Part shown: in pieces, positions 9,089 through 18,639 of the stretch
How positions within the stretch are numbered: the first letter of the stretch is position 1
How the letters are laid out: each line of letters opens with the position of its first letter
Source: an uncultured Acidobacteriota bacterium
GTDB taxonomy: Bacteria; Acidobacteriota; UBA6911
Reading direction: 5' to 3'
NCBI GenBank assembly: GCA_963809485.1
Contig: CAWEJX010000020.1
Coordinates: 352,001-416,000 of the forward strand
Length of the DNA stretch: 64,000 nt
Translations under genes and position numbers: made by a program
Notes under the pieces: generated by a model
What the model saw: only the letters and a program-made list of their open reading frames with translations
Database searches by the model: none
What the model was told of the DNA's origin: nothing

Positions 9089-10999
9089 TCATCCAATGAA
9101 CCGGGCGATGATTCTCTCGCATTCGGGGTGAGTCTTCAGTGCATTGGATATGAAATGAAGCCGGCTGAGCCTTTCTGCCATGCCTTCAGGCAGAACTTCA
9201 AGCGGCAGGGCCAGAATCCGTTTTGATCTCCGGGCGGCGAACTCCTGAACAGCCGGCGACGGCTCCCAACAGGGGCCGCTGACGGCGAGGACATTTTTTA
9301 TCGCGTATTTAAGCGCCCATGCAAGACTTCGGTCCAACGACTTGAAGCTCTTCAGATCGGGATCGCTTCCGGGCCCCATCCGGCTTTGGTGTTCCATCTG
9401 CAGTCCCGTGATCGCTGCATACCGTTCAATTCCCATGCCTCTCCCCGAGAAGAGAAGCGTCAGGGAGGCGATCCACTCTCTCTCGATGTGCCCTTCAAAC
9501 AAGTGCTCGAGCGCCCGCGTTCTTGCATACAAGGAATAAACGCTATCCGGCGCACCTTTTGCCCTGGGCGGGATGCGCCCCGGGTCTCGCAGCTCCATCT
9601 CTTTCAAGATTGGATTGCTGTCGTGGACCAGGGTCACTTTCCACGGTTCCTCATTATCGCTTTGGAACACAAACATCACCGGAGTGTGCCATCCGAGTTC
9701 TTCTCCCCCCAGGTCCGCATCTTCTGCCCGCATGGCGGCCTCTCGCACAAGCGAACAGGCTTGAGTATGCAGGGCATAGTCAGCCGCCACAGCCCATCTG
9801 GCATCGCTCGTTTTGGGGCCAAGCTTCTTTGCCTCCTGTCGGGTCAGGACCGGGTGGCTAAAGCTCAACCAGCAATCCCGGCCAAACTCTTCGCCGACTG
9901 GGGCAGCCATTTCAGAACCGGCGGGCTCCCCGAAGGGCCGGGCATGGAATACGTCGACCAAATCAAACGATTGATCGCACGGGAAAATGCCCTCACCGGC
10001 GATCCTAAAAAATTCAGGAGGATTCTTCGCCGCGTCGGCCACTGTTGGAACCGGGTATTCATAAAGCAGACGACCCAGCTCATTCGTCTCCGCTGTTCTC
10101 AATCCGGCTGTGTCCGTATAACGCCGGATGAATGAGGTCAGGGGATCCGCTGAAGCAGGTTGCCTGTTTGCAGCGCTTTCCCACCTCGAATGCCCGGCCA
10201 GCAGCCCGGACAGTACCGAGAACTTGTCGAAAGCTGCTGCATTGCCCGACTCGAGGCTTTCATGAAACTTCCGGTTCACTGCAAGGTAGTCATCGAACAG
10301 CCCGGACGCCCACAAGAGATAGGGATCCTCCAAAAATACCGCGCAGCGGAGAGGTTGCTCTCCGGCAGCCTTAGCCTGCCGGAGGAGCGGCAGTTCCAGC
10401 GCCTTGCGCACGGCCCACCAGAGGCGATACTCGCACACGAACAGCATCGCCCGGCCGGCAACCAGTCTTTCGGAGATCCTGCTTCCCACCGATTCCCCAT
10501 GGGCAACGAGATCCTTCATTTCAGCATCCGGAGAGTTTTGCCATCGCGCATCCAACTCCTGCCATGCGGAATCGTAACAGGAGATGAGGTTTTTGCGAGA
10601 GACCAGTTGTTCGTTTTCAAGCGGCGGCATCGGTACCGAAGGGAATCCGCAAGGATTGCCCGCAATGAGGGGGCCGACACATTCAAAATCAATGGACCTG
10701 CTTCTTGCCAACCAGGCAGCCGCGCAGGCGGCATCGGTCGGCACGAGCGGGTAGAGGGAGCAAACCTCGCTGTCTCCTTTTACCAGCACCGAGCTGGGGA
10801 GCGGGAAAGAATTGAGCCGTGGGTCCAGCCATCCCGGCTGGTTCATGAAGCAGGGCAGATCAATCAGCACTTTGTCAAACTTCTTCTCCTGCAATGCTCT
10901 GGCTGCCATTGCCGCGAAAACAAGGCGTCCACGGACATAGGGCGTCACGTACAAAGAGGCATGGGATCTGGAATGGATTAAAGCCCTTTCGCGGGTCAT
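9089..10999 (-). CDS. Uncharacterised ~636-aa protein, paralogue of 29261-31153; possible degenerate TraB/Tiki-like N-terminal domain
   Basis: GGAGG RBS before ATG 10999. Shares PYVxGRLxFA, DLP, LFVCE, EDPxxLWxxGxxDD, TPVxF, RYAA, AWA and HPE blocks with 29261-31153. Confidence 0.7.
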   Translation of the reverse strand: MTRERALIHSRSHASLYVTPYVRGRLVFAAMAARALQEKKFDKVLIDLPCFMNQPGWLDPRLNSFPLPSSVLVKGDSEVCSLYPLVPTDAACAAAWLARSRSIDFECVGPLIAGNPCGFPSVPMPPLENEQLVSRKNLISCYDSAWQELDARWQNSPDAEMKDLVAHGESVGSRISERLVAGRAMLFVCEYRLWWAVRKALELPLLRQAKAAGEQPLRCAVFLEDPYLLWASGLFDDYLAVNRKFHESLESGNAAAFDKFSVLSGLLAGHSRWESAANRQPASADPLTSFIRRYTDTAGLRTAETNELGRLLYEYPVPTVADAAKNPPEFFRIAGEGIFPCDQSFDLVDVFHARPFGEPAGSEMAAPVGEEFGRDCWLSFSHPVLTRQEAKKLGPKTSDARWAVAADYALHTQACSLVREAAMRAEDADLGGEELGWHTPVMFVFQSDNEEPWKVTLVHDSNPILKEMELRDPGRIPPRAKGAPDSVYSLYARTRALEHLFEGHIEREWIASLTLLFSGRGMGIERYAAITGLQMEHQSRMGPGSDPDLKSFKSLDRSLAWALKYAIKNVLAVSGPCWEPSPAVQEFAARRSKRILALPLEVLPEGMAERLSRLHFISNALKTHPECERIIARFIG

Positions 11000-11208
11000 T
11001 GAAACCTCCATCCAATGGTAGATATGGCGCATCAATAATGCCGACTTACGCCGACACTCGCTGAGGAACACTGAAAAATCCTTAAAAGTTTGGAGTCAAT
11101 ATATGTCGGATTTTTCGGTGTTCATCAGCATTAAAAGGCCCGTCTCGGACTGATGCATCCGGATTTCATCCGAAGGGTCTCCAGAACCGTGATCTTGCTT
11201 ATCCCGCA

Positions 11209-12819
11209 TCACGGTGTGAATAAATCCCTCAGGACCGGTGTTGGATCCAGGGGAACTGTCTCACTGGCGCCTGCCTCCGTCTTTTCTCGTTCACGAATCG
11301 GCACCCATTGTTCTTCAGTGGCAAATGGATTGGAGAGATCGAGACAAAGTCTTTTCTCCATGTCAAAAGCAGTCGACCAGTCGCAATGATATCTGTTCCT
11401 GATGCCGGCAACCCTGCGCACGAACTCGCCCCGGACCCTGGCACGGCCTGCAGCCGGAGGATTGGCAACCGCGTGCTCGATATTGTCGACCCCGTCCATG
11501 TGGTGCTGCAGAAGGCCCGCGGCGTCCAGGGTGTGAAACACACCTTTCTCTCCCAGTTGCCCGAATCGGGTGTCGATCTCCAGCAACTCCCGCCGCAGCT
11601 GCAAAAACATTTCCAGTTCGTCCCACCTCAGGCCGCTCTCCCGGACATAGGGGGTCAGCTGTGCGACTTCCTCGAGGATGGGGCTGTTGGGGCCGATGAT
11701 GGAATCCAGGCGGGACGGCCAACGGCGCCGGGTGCGGTCCAGGGCTGCTTTGAGTCGGCCAACCACGTGGTTCCACCGGCCCAGCGTTTCCCACTCCATT
11801 CCCCGGTTTCTGGCATGATGGGCATAGAGCGCTTCTTTTATGGGCCAGTCGAGCATTTTGCGTGCCCGTTCCGGGCACTCGCCGAGCAGGTCGAGAGTTT
11901 GTTTCCAGCGCGCACACACCTGTCCCGCCCAGGAGGGCATGAACGGGTCTCCAAGATGAGATTCCGCCAGAGACAGGTAGTGATGCTGGATTTGCAGAGC
12001 GTTGGCTGCGGACCCATCCGCGAGCCGCACCTTGGATTGGCAGCGCGTGTCCGATGCAATCGTTCGAAGCGCAGCGAGGGGAGCCCTGAGCTCAAAGCCG
12101 GAACCGGGTTTCAGGCCGGCTTCAATCATTGCCACTACCAGAGCTGTCGTGCCGACCTTCAACCATTCCGCCCATTCCGAGCAGAGGCTCTCGCCGCAGA
12201 TAATGTGCAGACGGTGATACCCGCTCGAGCTTAAGGACTCGTCTTTCGTATGGAATAGCGGACGGCTGCTTGTGGAGCCCGACGATATCACCTGGTCAAT
12301 ATAGGCACTGCGAGGCGAAAGGGTGAATTGAATTCCCGCCGAGAACGGATCGAATCCGCCGGCCCCCGTGTAGATAGTCCGGGAAACCAGGTGCGGGATA
12401 ATCTGCCGGGGCAGCGCCAGAGGATCACAGCAATTCAGGAACGACTCATGACAGCCCCATGTAACCTGTCTTAAATAGTCCACATTGCAGAGGAAACAGA
12501 AAATCTCGGCGCCGGTCTCCGAACTCATCCGGCTGACGATCCCGTCCATGATCCGTTCGCCGGCTTTGATGTACCGGACGGCATCCCAGGGATTTGTACA
12601 CTCCGGCGTGCAAAGCTCCGGATGGCATCCCTGGTCGATATACAGCCGGGACCCATTCGTCAGGAACATGCCGCTGGTACGGGCGTCCGGCAGATGAGGG
12701 AGGTGTTTCCTCGCAAGCTGCATCAGGCGATCGACGAGCAGTCCCCGGTCCATGGACTCGTCTCCCTGCATCCCCGTAATACCGTACTCAGTCTCAAAAC
12801 CAAACATACGTTCCGACAT
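11209..12819 (-). CDS. PafA/Dop-family (Pup ligase-like) protein, paralogue 2
   Basis: GFETEYG, FLTNGSRLYIDQGCHPE, GCHES, RLHIICGES, LKVGTT, LDW and DLSNPF are PafA-family motifs. Start set at MSERMFG. Confidence 0.88.
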   Translation of the reverse strand: MSERMFGFETEYGITGMQGDESMDRGLLVDRLMQLARKHLPHLPDARTSGMFLTNGSRLYIDQGCHPELCTPECTNPWDAVRYIKAGERIMDGIVSRMSSETGAEIFCFLCNVDYLRQVTWGCHESFLNCCDPLALPRQIIPHLVSRTIYTGAGGFDPFSAGIQFTLSPRSAYIDQVISSGSTSSRPLFHTKDESLSSSGYHRLHIICGESLCSEWAEWLKVGTTALVVAMIEAGLKPGSGFELRAPLAALRTIASDTRCQSKVRLADGSAANALQIQHHYLSLAESHLGDPFMPSWAGQVCARWKQTLDLLGECPERARKMLDWPIKEALYAHHARNRGMEWETLGRWNHVVGRLKAALDRTRRRWPSRLDSIIGPNSPILEEVAQLTPYVRESGLRWDELEMFLQLRRELLEIDTRFGQLGEKGVFHTLDAAGLLQHHMDGVDNIEHAVANPPAAGRARVRGEFVRRVAGIRNRYHCDWSTAFDMEKRLCLDLSNPFATEEQWVPIREREKTEAGASETVPLDPTPVLRDLFTP

Positions 12820-12995
12820 TCCCGTTACCATCCCGGCCAATGGGATTACACCATTATGAAATGCACGGCTGTTCTCCGGTGCCCGCCATTCTGAACCCAA
12901 ATTGCCTGCTTGATGCAGGCAACCGCCCAATTACGGCGCCGTGCAAATACAAAACACGCCAGTCCATGAGGTTCGCCCCAGGGAAATTAGTTCGG

Positions 12996-13020
12996 TCACC
13001 GTCAATGACAGCTATTCACA
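12996..13020. promoter_or_regulatory. 10-bp-periodic TCACA-like triple direct repeat (site A)
   Basis: TCACC-gtcaa-TGACA-gctat-TCACA, about 177 nt upstream of the 12819 start. Confidence 0.45.
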
Positions 13021-13820
13021 GGCAGATTCGTGGGATTCATCATGGGATCCAAACCCTGTGCCGCCTCATCCGGTAAAGGCGCCGGCCCGTCTTCGGCGGC
13101 CGATTCGAAGGACACCTCTTCCAGTTCCTTCCTGTAGACTGCAAGAAACGCTACGGCGGCGACCAGGAGAAGCAACAGAACTATAAGGTTAAAATACCAG
13201 CCCGCATCCCAGGCAAAATAGGCCAGCGGGATGCCGACCGTTAACGATACTGAAAGGGTGATCCAATCCGACCAGGCGGAACCGAGACGAATCCATTTCA
13301 GAAAAAAATTAAGGATCTGTCCCCCGTCGAGAGGCCATATGGGAAGCAGATTGAAAGACCCCATTATCAGGTTGATCACGGCGATCAGTTCGAGCAATTT
13401 GCGGAGGATGCGGATGTCCGAAAAATGGGCGAGGCCCAGGGCAATGGCGCAACAGATGAAGTTCGAGGCCGGGCCGGCTGAGAGGATGGCCATTTTTTTC
13501 GGGTGCGTCAGAGCCCTTGCCGCCGGATCCGTCGCCAGCGCCAGCCCGCCAAAGATATGCAGGTAAATCCCCTGCGTCCTTATCCCCCAGATCCCTGCCA
13601 CCAGCGCATGAGCCAGTTCGTGCATCAGCACGGCTGCAGGGATGGCGGCGATTACGAAAAGTTCCAGCAGCCTTTGCAGGAAAGTCACTGCAAAGGTCCT
13701 GCCGCTCGGCTCCAGCCATAAGACAACGATCAGGATTAATGGACCCAGCGGAGCCGACCAGTGGGCCCGGATCGGAATCCCCCGGATGCGACCCAGAGAG
13801 AAAGATGCAAGAAAAAACAT
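13002..13820 (-). CDS. Site-2 protease (M50 family) membrane zinc metalloprotease
   Basis: HELAH, AGPASN and FNLLPIWPLDGG; several TM segments; typical N-terminal GRIRGIPIRAHWS. Confidence 0.92.
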   Translation of the reverse strand: MFFLASFSLGRIRGIPIRAHWSAPLGPLILIVVLWLEPSGRTFAVTFLQRLLELFVIAAIPAAVLMHELAHALVAGIWGIRTQGIYLHIFGGLALATDPAARALTHPKKMAILSAGPASNFICCAIALGLAHFSDIRILRKLLELIAVINLIMGSFNLLPIWPLDGGQILNFFLKWIRLGSAWSDWITLSVSLTVGIPLAYFAWDAGWYFNLIVLLLLLVAAVAFLAVYRKELEEVSFESAAEDGPAPLPDEAAQGLDPMMNPTNLPVNSCH

Positions 13821-13999
13821 GTGAGTGAACCTCGTTCCGCTGAAGCCGACATAATCGGAGAGGTCAGGCGCTTCTCCGGGATACGTCGCAGAACCTAACA
13901 CAGGAAGGAGGCCCTTCCCGGCAAAACAACGCAATCACACTGTCGTGTTGCCGCAAGCCGCTGCAGCAATCTCATTTGCATCGATGCAGAAAAAATTGA

Positions 14000-14024
14000 T
14001 TACACACGGTCACAGTTTTTAACA
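14000..14024. promoter_or_regulatory. 10-bp-periodic TCACA-like triple direct repeat (site B)
   Basis: TTACA-cacgg-TCACA-gtttt-TAACA-tacgg, about 180 nt upstream of the M50 start. Confidence 0.5.
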
Positions 14025-14225
14025 TACGGCTGAAGGATGAGGGGAGGAGGACCTACCTCGCCTCCCCACTCGCCGCGCCGCCGCCGCAGAACATACCGTT
14101 GTAGGCGCCTCATCCAATCTTTGGTGCTGAGTGTTCCATTAATGGTCCGCGTCAGTCGGCACCTTTTCAGGGTGCATGATCATTGCCTCATCCCGTTGCT
14201 GTCAAAAGCGATGAGCCCGGACACA

Positions 14226-14822
14226 CTATCCGCCGGCCGCAGCAGACTGCTGTCCCGACCCCACTAATCCGCCGCCGGGGGTTGAGAGCCCGCATCCAAG
14301 CGCGCAAATTTTTTTGCGGCGCAGCCTGATTCGATAGTCCCCCGTTCGTTGATTCGTCTGCAGCACTTCGCGGCAATCACACGATTCCAATATATCGCGC
14401 AACCTATGGATTGCCTGTCTAAGCGCCCCTTTGGTATATTTCCTCTCCAGGGATGCCTGCATGTAAGCAATTATTTTGCCGGTGCTTTTATAGGGCACAT
14501 AGGGATCATTTTCGTCGTTCGGACCTGCCTCGCCTTCCTCCGCGGCAAGACAGAGAGCCAGCCATCCCAAGACCGGTGGCACGACGAACGGATCCTTTTC
14601 CTCGATCCCTAGAGTTGCGTTCCCGTCCGAGTCCATCGAAACATCGAACCGGCAAACCTGTGAGCGCTGCAAGCGTGGCTTGATGGGAATAAATTCTGTG
14701 GAAATTCCACCATTGACCAGCAAATATTCCAATTTCTCCATGGTTCCAGTGACTATGTCCTGATGGGTCAATGCCTTTCTGAACATATGCCTTACTCTTT
14801 CCTTTTTTGCCTTCTCTTTCAT
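14226..14822 (-). CDS. Putative winged-helix DNA-binding protein
   Basis: The C-terminal ALRQAIHRLRDIL...LQTNQRTGDYRIRL resembles the OmpR/PhoB-type recognition helix and wing. No receiver domain is visible, and the start is uncertain. Confidence 0.5.
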   Translation of the reverse strand: MKEKAKKERVRHMFRKALTHQDIVTGTMEKLEYLLVNGGISTEFIPIKPRLQRSQVCRFDVSMDSDGNATLGIEEKDPFVVPPVLGWLALCLAAEEGEAGPNDENDPYVPYKSTGKIIAYMQASLERKYTKGALRQAIHRLRDILESCDCREVLQTNQRTGDYRIRLRRKKICALGCGLSTPGGGLVGSGQQSAAAGG

Positions 14823-15483
14823 TGTCTTTGCCTTTCTCTGGCCGTCCGCAGCCTGCCCCACACCTCCCCGAAGGTGTAGGCCGGCGCCCCCTCGACACGG
14901 TTTCGCTTCAAAAACACAAGGCGGAAAAATCGGCGGAAGATAGAAATGTGGGATAGCGGATCCATTTTCTGTTACCATGAGGCCGAAATATGAAAAGCAA
15001 CCGGAGTGATAAGGCGGAAACACCACCGCCGATGGTGTCCATCTGCTGGTCCGGGAAACGGCCTCGCGGCTATCCATGTGGGCCCCTCACAGTTTGACCT
15101 GATCCGACTTCCGTGCTACCCTCTATTCATGCATGGTCTGTTTGCAATGGCAAGCGCCGCGGCATTGTCTGAAAAGCAAATTTGCTCAGTTATCGTGCTG
15201 TTTACAGTAAGTGTTTTGGCGGTTGCACACTTTGGAGTTTGATGGTTCATTCTGTTGCCCCCTCAGGCTCACGGTATCGCATTCTGGCAGCAGGTCTTAG
15301 TGCCCTCGGACCTGAAGATGCGGCTTGCAGATCAACCGGCTCGATCGCATATCTCGGTCGCGCCGTTATGCGCAGGCTGGACTCAAAGCAACGCGCGAAG
15401 AGGCGACTGATTCTTACGGTTCAAGACTCCGCGCATCTTGCACGATTTAAATGAAATGTCCATATAGGGGAGGTTCCAATCTC

Positions 15484-16591
15484 ATGTCCAAAACACCAAC
15501 CGACCGTGAGAAAATTCGCCGGCAGGTTGCGGAAGATCCGGAAACATTTACAAACGACGAGCTTATTGCTGCGGTCTGCAAGTATTTCTGCCGCGGCATG
15601 CCCGTAGCCGAAATCAGGAAAAATATTAACGGAGAAGCTGGGCATCTCGCTCAGCCGCGAGCAGCCCCACCGGCTCCTTTCTTTGGCCGCCCAGAGGAAT
15701 CTGCTCAGCTTTAAAGCGCCGCTCGCAACCGAGCTTGAAAGCCAGATCGCCAGAGAATACAGCTGGCTGAAGCACGTGAAGGTGGTGCGCACAGCGGTAT
15801 CAGATGATGTTTCCTACCGGGTTGCCGAAGCGCTTCTCGATCATGTTTGCGCCTTGAGCAAAACCCGGTCCGCAGATAAGGCGGTACATATCGGTTTCGC
15901 GGGAGGGAAAGCACTCAGAAAGACTGCTAGGATTTTTTCAGAGATGCTGCGCGAGCCCAGAATGGACCTTCCGCAAACAATTATATTTCACGCCATTGTC
16001 GCCGGTTTTCAGGTCACGGACCCATCCACCGATCCGAACGGATTTTTTAACTATTTTGCGGGAGAAACGGATCTGCAGGTGCAGGCATCGTTTATTGGCC
16101 TGCCGGCGCCGATGATTCTCAAATCCGGGGAGATCGAGAAATTGCGCACCATCTCCTACCTGAGCGAGGCTTTCGATTCCGTTAGGGACATCGACATCAT
16201 CGTCACCTCGGCGGGAGGGCATTGGCAACAGGGACATAGCAGCTACTACAGCATGTTGAGCAAGGCATCCCCGCAGACAGTCGAACAACTCACAAAGGCC
16301 GGTTGCATTGGAGACTTGATGTGGCGCCCGCTGGGAAAAGCAGGTCCCCTCAAGGTCGACACAGATATGCGCACCGTAACGCTGATAGAGCCCAGCGCTT
16401 TGCCGGAATTCATCAAGCGGGGCAAGTCGGTGATACTGCTGGTGGGGCCATGCGGCACCTGCGGCCGTCCGAAGGGCGATGTGCTTGGGGCGATCCTTGC
16501 CAAACGCAATCTAATTACCCATCTGGTGGTCGACAGCCGTTCGGCAAGAGCCTTGCTGGCCGGGAAGGAAAAGAAACCGGCCACAGATTGA
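15484..16591 (+). CDS. SorC/LsrR/CggR-type sugar-binding transcriptional regulator (frameshift at about 15620)
   Basis: GGAGG RBS. Removing one A from the A5 run at 15619-15623 joins the 15484 ORF to an HTH (LGISLSREQPHRLLSLA) and the sugar-binding domain (IGFAGG, LPAP, IDIIVTSAG, GCIGD, K...LGA, ITHLVVD). Confidence 0.75.
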
Positions 16592-16653
16592 CATGCTGTC
16601 GGAATACTGAGATGTTGCTGTTTCGAAAGAAGCCGGGGCTGCAGGCACAATTT

Positions 16654-18330
16654 TCAGAACGGGACATCATCGGGTGGGATAGTTGCCGGGTCCACCGCCT
16701 GGAAAAGATCCGATTCCAGTATCCTGTGGACCCGGCTGAGGCGCCGCAACTCCAGCAACCCGGGATCCCGTCTCCATCCCGCCTCCTCTTTCGTAAAATC
16801 GCGCCATTTCTCCTCGGCGGCAAAAGGATCGGAAAGGTCCAGGACACGCTTGCTGCGACCGTCCCAGATCCCCCGCCAATCACAATGTATGCGTCCGCCC
16901 TGACCGGCATTCCGGCGCACAAATTCGCCCCGCAGCCTTGCGCGCCCAAAAGAGGGAGGATGGGCCATGGCAGACCGTATTTCCCGGCTGGTAATGCGGC
17001 GATGGGATAAAACCCCCGCTCTGTCCAAGGCCGCAAAAATGCCTTTACTGCCCAGTTGGGAAAAACGCATGTCGATCTCGAACAGTTCCCCCCTGAGATC
17101 CACAAAGCGGGCAAAATCGCCCCAGTTCAACCCCATGTCGGCAAGATACGGCGAGATGATCTTCACCTCGTTCTTTACCGGGCTGTCGGGGCCCAACACC
17201 AGTTCAGCCGTGACAGGCATTGCATGGAATTCAGTGGCGGTCAACGCTCCCCTGAGCCAGTTCATGACGCGGTTCCAGTGCGGCAGCGATTCCCAGGCCA
17301 TGCCGCGGCGCCGGGCCTGGTCCCTGAACATGGAATGCTTGACTGCCCAGTCCAGGGTTGTATCGAGAGCTCCGGGATCTCGTTCCAGTTGATCCAGGAT
17401 GCGGCGCCATTCGGCGCACACGCTCTCCGCCCAATCCGGCATGAAGCTGCCGCCCAGGCTGGTTTCCGCCTGGCGAAGGTAGTGGCGCTGGATTTCGACG
17501 GCAGTGGCAGACTTGCCGTTGTTAAGCGCTGCAGCGGCGGTGCACTCAGGATCCGCCGAAAAAGCCCGCATGGCGCTCAACGGAAATTTCAGCTGAACTC
17601 CTTCCGTCGGACAGGCATCCGCTTCAATCATGGCGACGACCAGCGAGGTGGCGCCGATTTTTAAAAGACTTGACACCTGCGAGCACAGGCTCTCGCCGCA
17701 CAAAATGTGCAGTCGGCTGCAACCCTCGCGGGCCAGTGTCTCATTCTTGGAATGAAAGATGCCCCGGCCGCGCGTGGATTCGTCCGACATAATCCTCTCC
17801 AGATGAGCCACTCGCGGTGAAAGGCTGAAGGCGAGTCCTTCGGAAAGCGGATTGAAGCCGCCCGCTCCCGTGTAGACGACTCTCGAAACCAGGTGCGGGA
17901 TTATCCCGGCGGAGATCGCCGAGGGATTCATCCACGTCAAATACGATTCATGGCAGCCCCAGCTCGACTCGGTCCCGCCGTAATCGACATTCGTGCGGAA
18001 AAGCTGAATTTCGCTGATCTCCGGGAAACGGTTTTCCAGGGCATCAATGATTTTGCGGAGAATGGCCTCTCCCGCTGCTACGTGGATTACGGCCTCCAGG
18101 GGGTTCGCACATTCAGGAGTGGCAAACTCCGGGTGCAGGCCGGAATCCACATAGAAGCGGGACCCGTTTTGCAGGAACATACCATTGCCGAAATCCCGGA
18201 TATGAGGCATCTGTTCCCGGGCAACCCGAAGGAGGGTCTGGACCAGGATATGCCGGTTGAGGCTCTTCCCCTTCCGGGATACGGCCGAGATCGCGTACTC
18301 GGTCTCGACGCCCATCAAACGCTCGCGCAC
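16654..18330 (-). CDS. pafA: Pup--protein ligase PafA-like, directly downstream of pup
   Basis: RLMGVETEYA, FLQNGSRFYVDSGLHPEFATPEC, GCHESYL, RLHILCGES, LDW and DLSDPF; GTG start 2 nt after the pup stop. Confidence 0.88.
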   Translation of the reverse strand: MRERLMGVETEYAISAVSRKGKSLNRHILVQTLLRVAREQMPHIRDFGNGMFLQNGSRFYVDSGLHPEFATPECANPLEAVIHVAAGEAILRKIIDALENRFPEISEIQLFRTNVDYGGTESSWGCHESYLTWMNPSAISAGIIPHLVSRVVYTGAGGFNPLSEGLAFSLSPRVAHLERIMSDESTRGRGIFHSKNETLAREGCSRLHILCGESLCSQVSSLLKIGATSLVVAMIEADACPTEGVQLKFPLSAMRAFSADPECTAAAALNNGKSATAVEIQRHYLRQAETSLGGSFMPDWAESVCAEWRRILDQLERDPGALDTTLDWAVKHSMFRDQARRRGMAWESLPHWNRVMNWLRGALTATEFHAMPVTAELVLGPDSPVKNEVKIISPYLADMGLNWGDFARFVDLRGELFEIDMRFSQLGSKGIFAALDRAGVLSHRRITSREIRSAMAHPPSFGRARLRGEFVRRNAGQGGRIHCDWRGIWDGRSKRVLDLSDPFAAEEKWRDFTKEEAGWRRDPGLLELRRLSRVHRILESDLFQAVDPATIPPDDVPF

Positions 18331-18332
18331 GC

Positions 18333-18533
18333 TTACTGCCCGCCCTCCTGCCTGTTTGCAGACAGAAAAGCCTCGGAATCTCCCGACAAAGCACGCCGGA
18401 TAGCCTCATCCGCGGCCGCCAGCAGGTCCGAACCCGCCTGCCTCTGATCCGAAAGGCTTTGATTCGAAGACGCCGTCCCCGGCGATTCGTGTTCGCTTCT
18501 ACGCCCTTCCCTGTTCCTCTCACGCGGTTCCAT
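18333..18533 (-). CDS. pup: Prokaryotic ubiquitin-like protein Pup-like, 66 aa
   Basis: Charged, disordered N-half; helical C-half DLLAAADEAIRRALSGDSEAFLSANRQEGGQ parallels the Pup pattern (DLL...F....Q.GGQ); AGGAG RBS; lies between dop and pafA. Confidence 0.85.
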   Translation of the reverse strand: MEPRERNREGRRSEHESPGTASSNQSLSDQRQAGSDLLAAADEAIRRALSGDSEAFLSANRQEGGQ

Positions 18534-18639
18534 AATCCTCTCCTGAATTGAAATTGTTTTAATTGAGTGCGGCTCCCCGGAGCCGTCCGATGAATGTTAA
18601 AAAATCCTTGTCCGGCGCATACCCGAATGCTCGCCCCGT

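Noticed and set aside
14226-14300. C-terminal ...AAAGG of the wHTH-like ORF as a ubiquitin-type di-glycine
   Set aside because: The preceding sequence is a low-complexity tail after a helix-wing domain, with no beta-grasp pattern.
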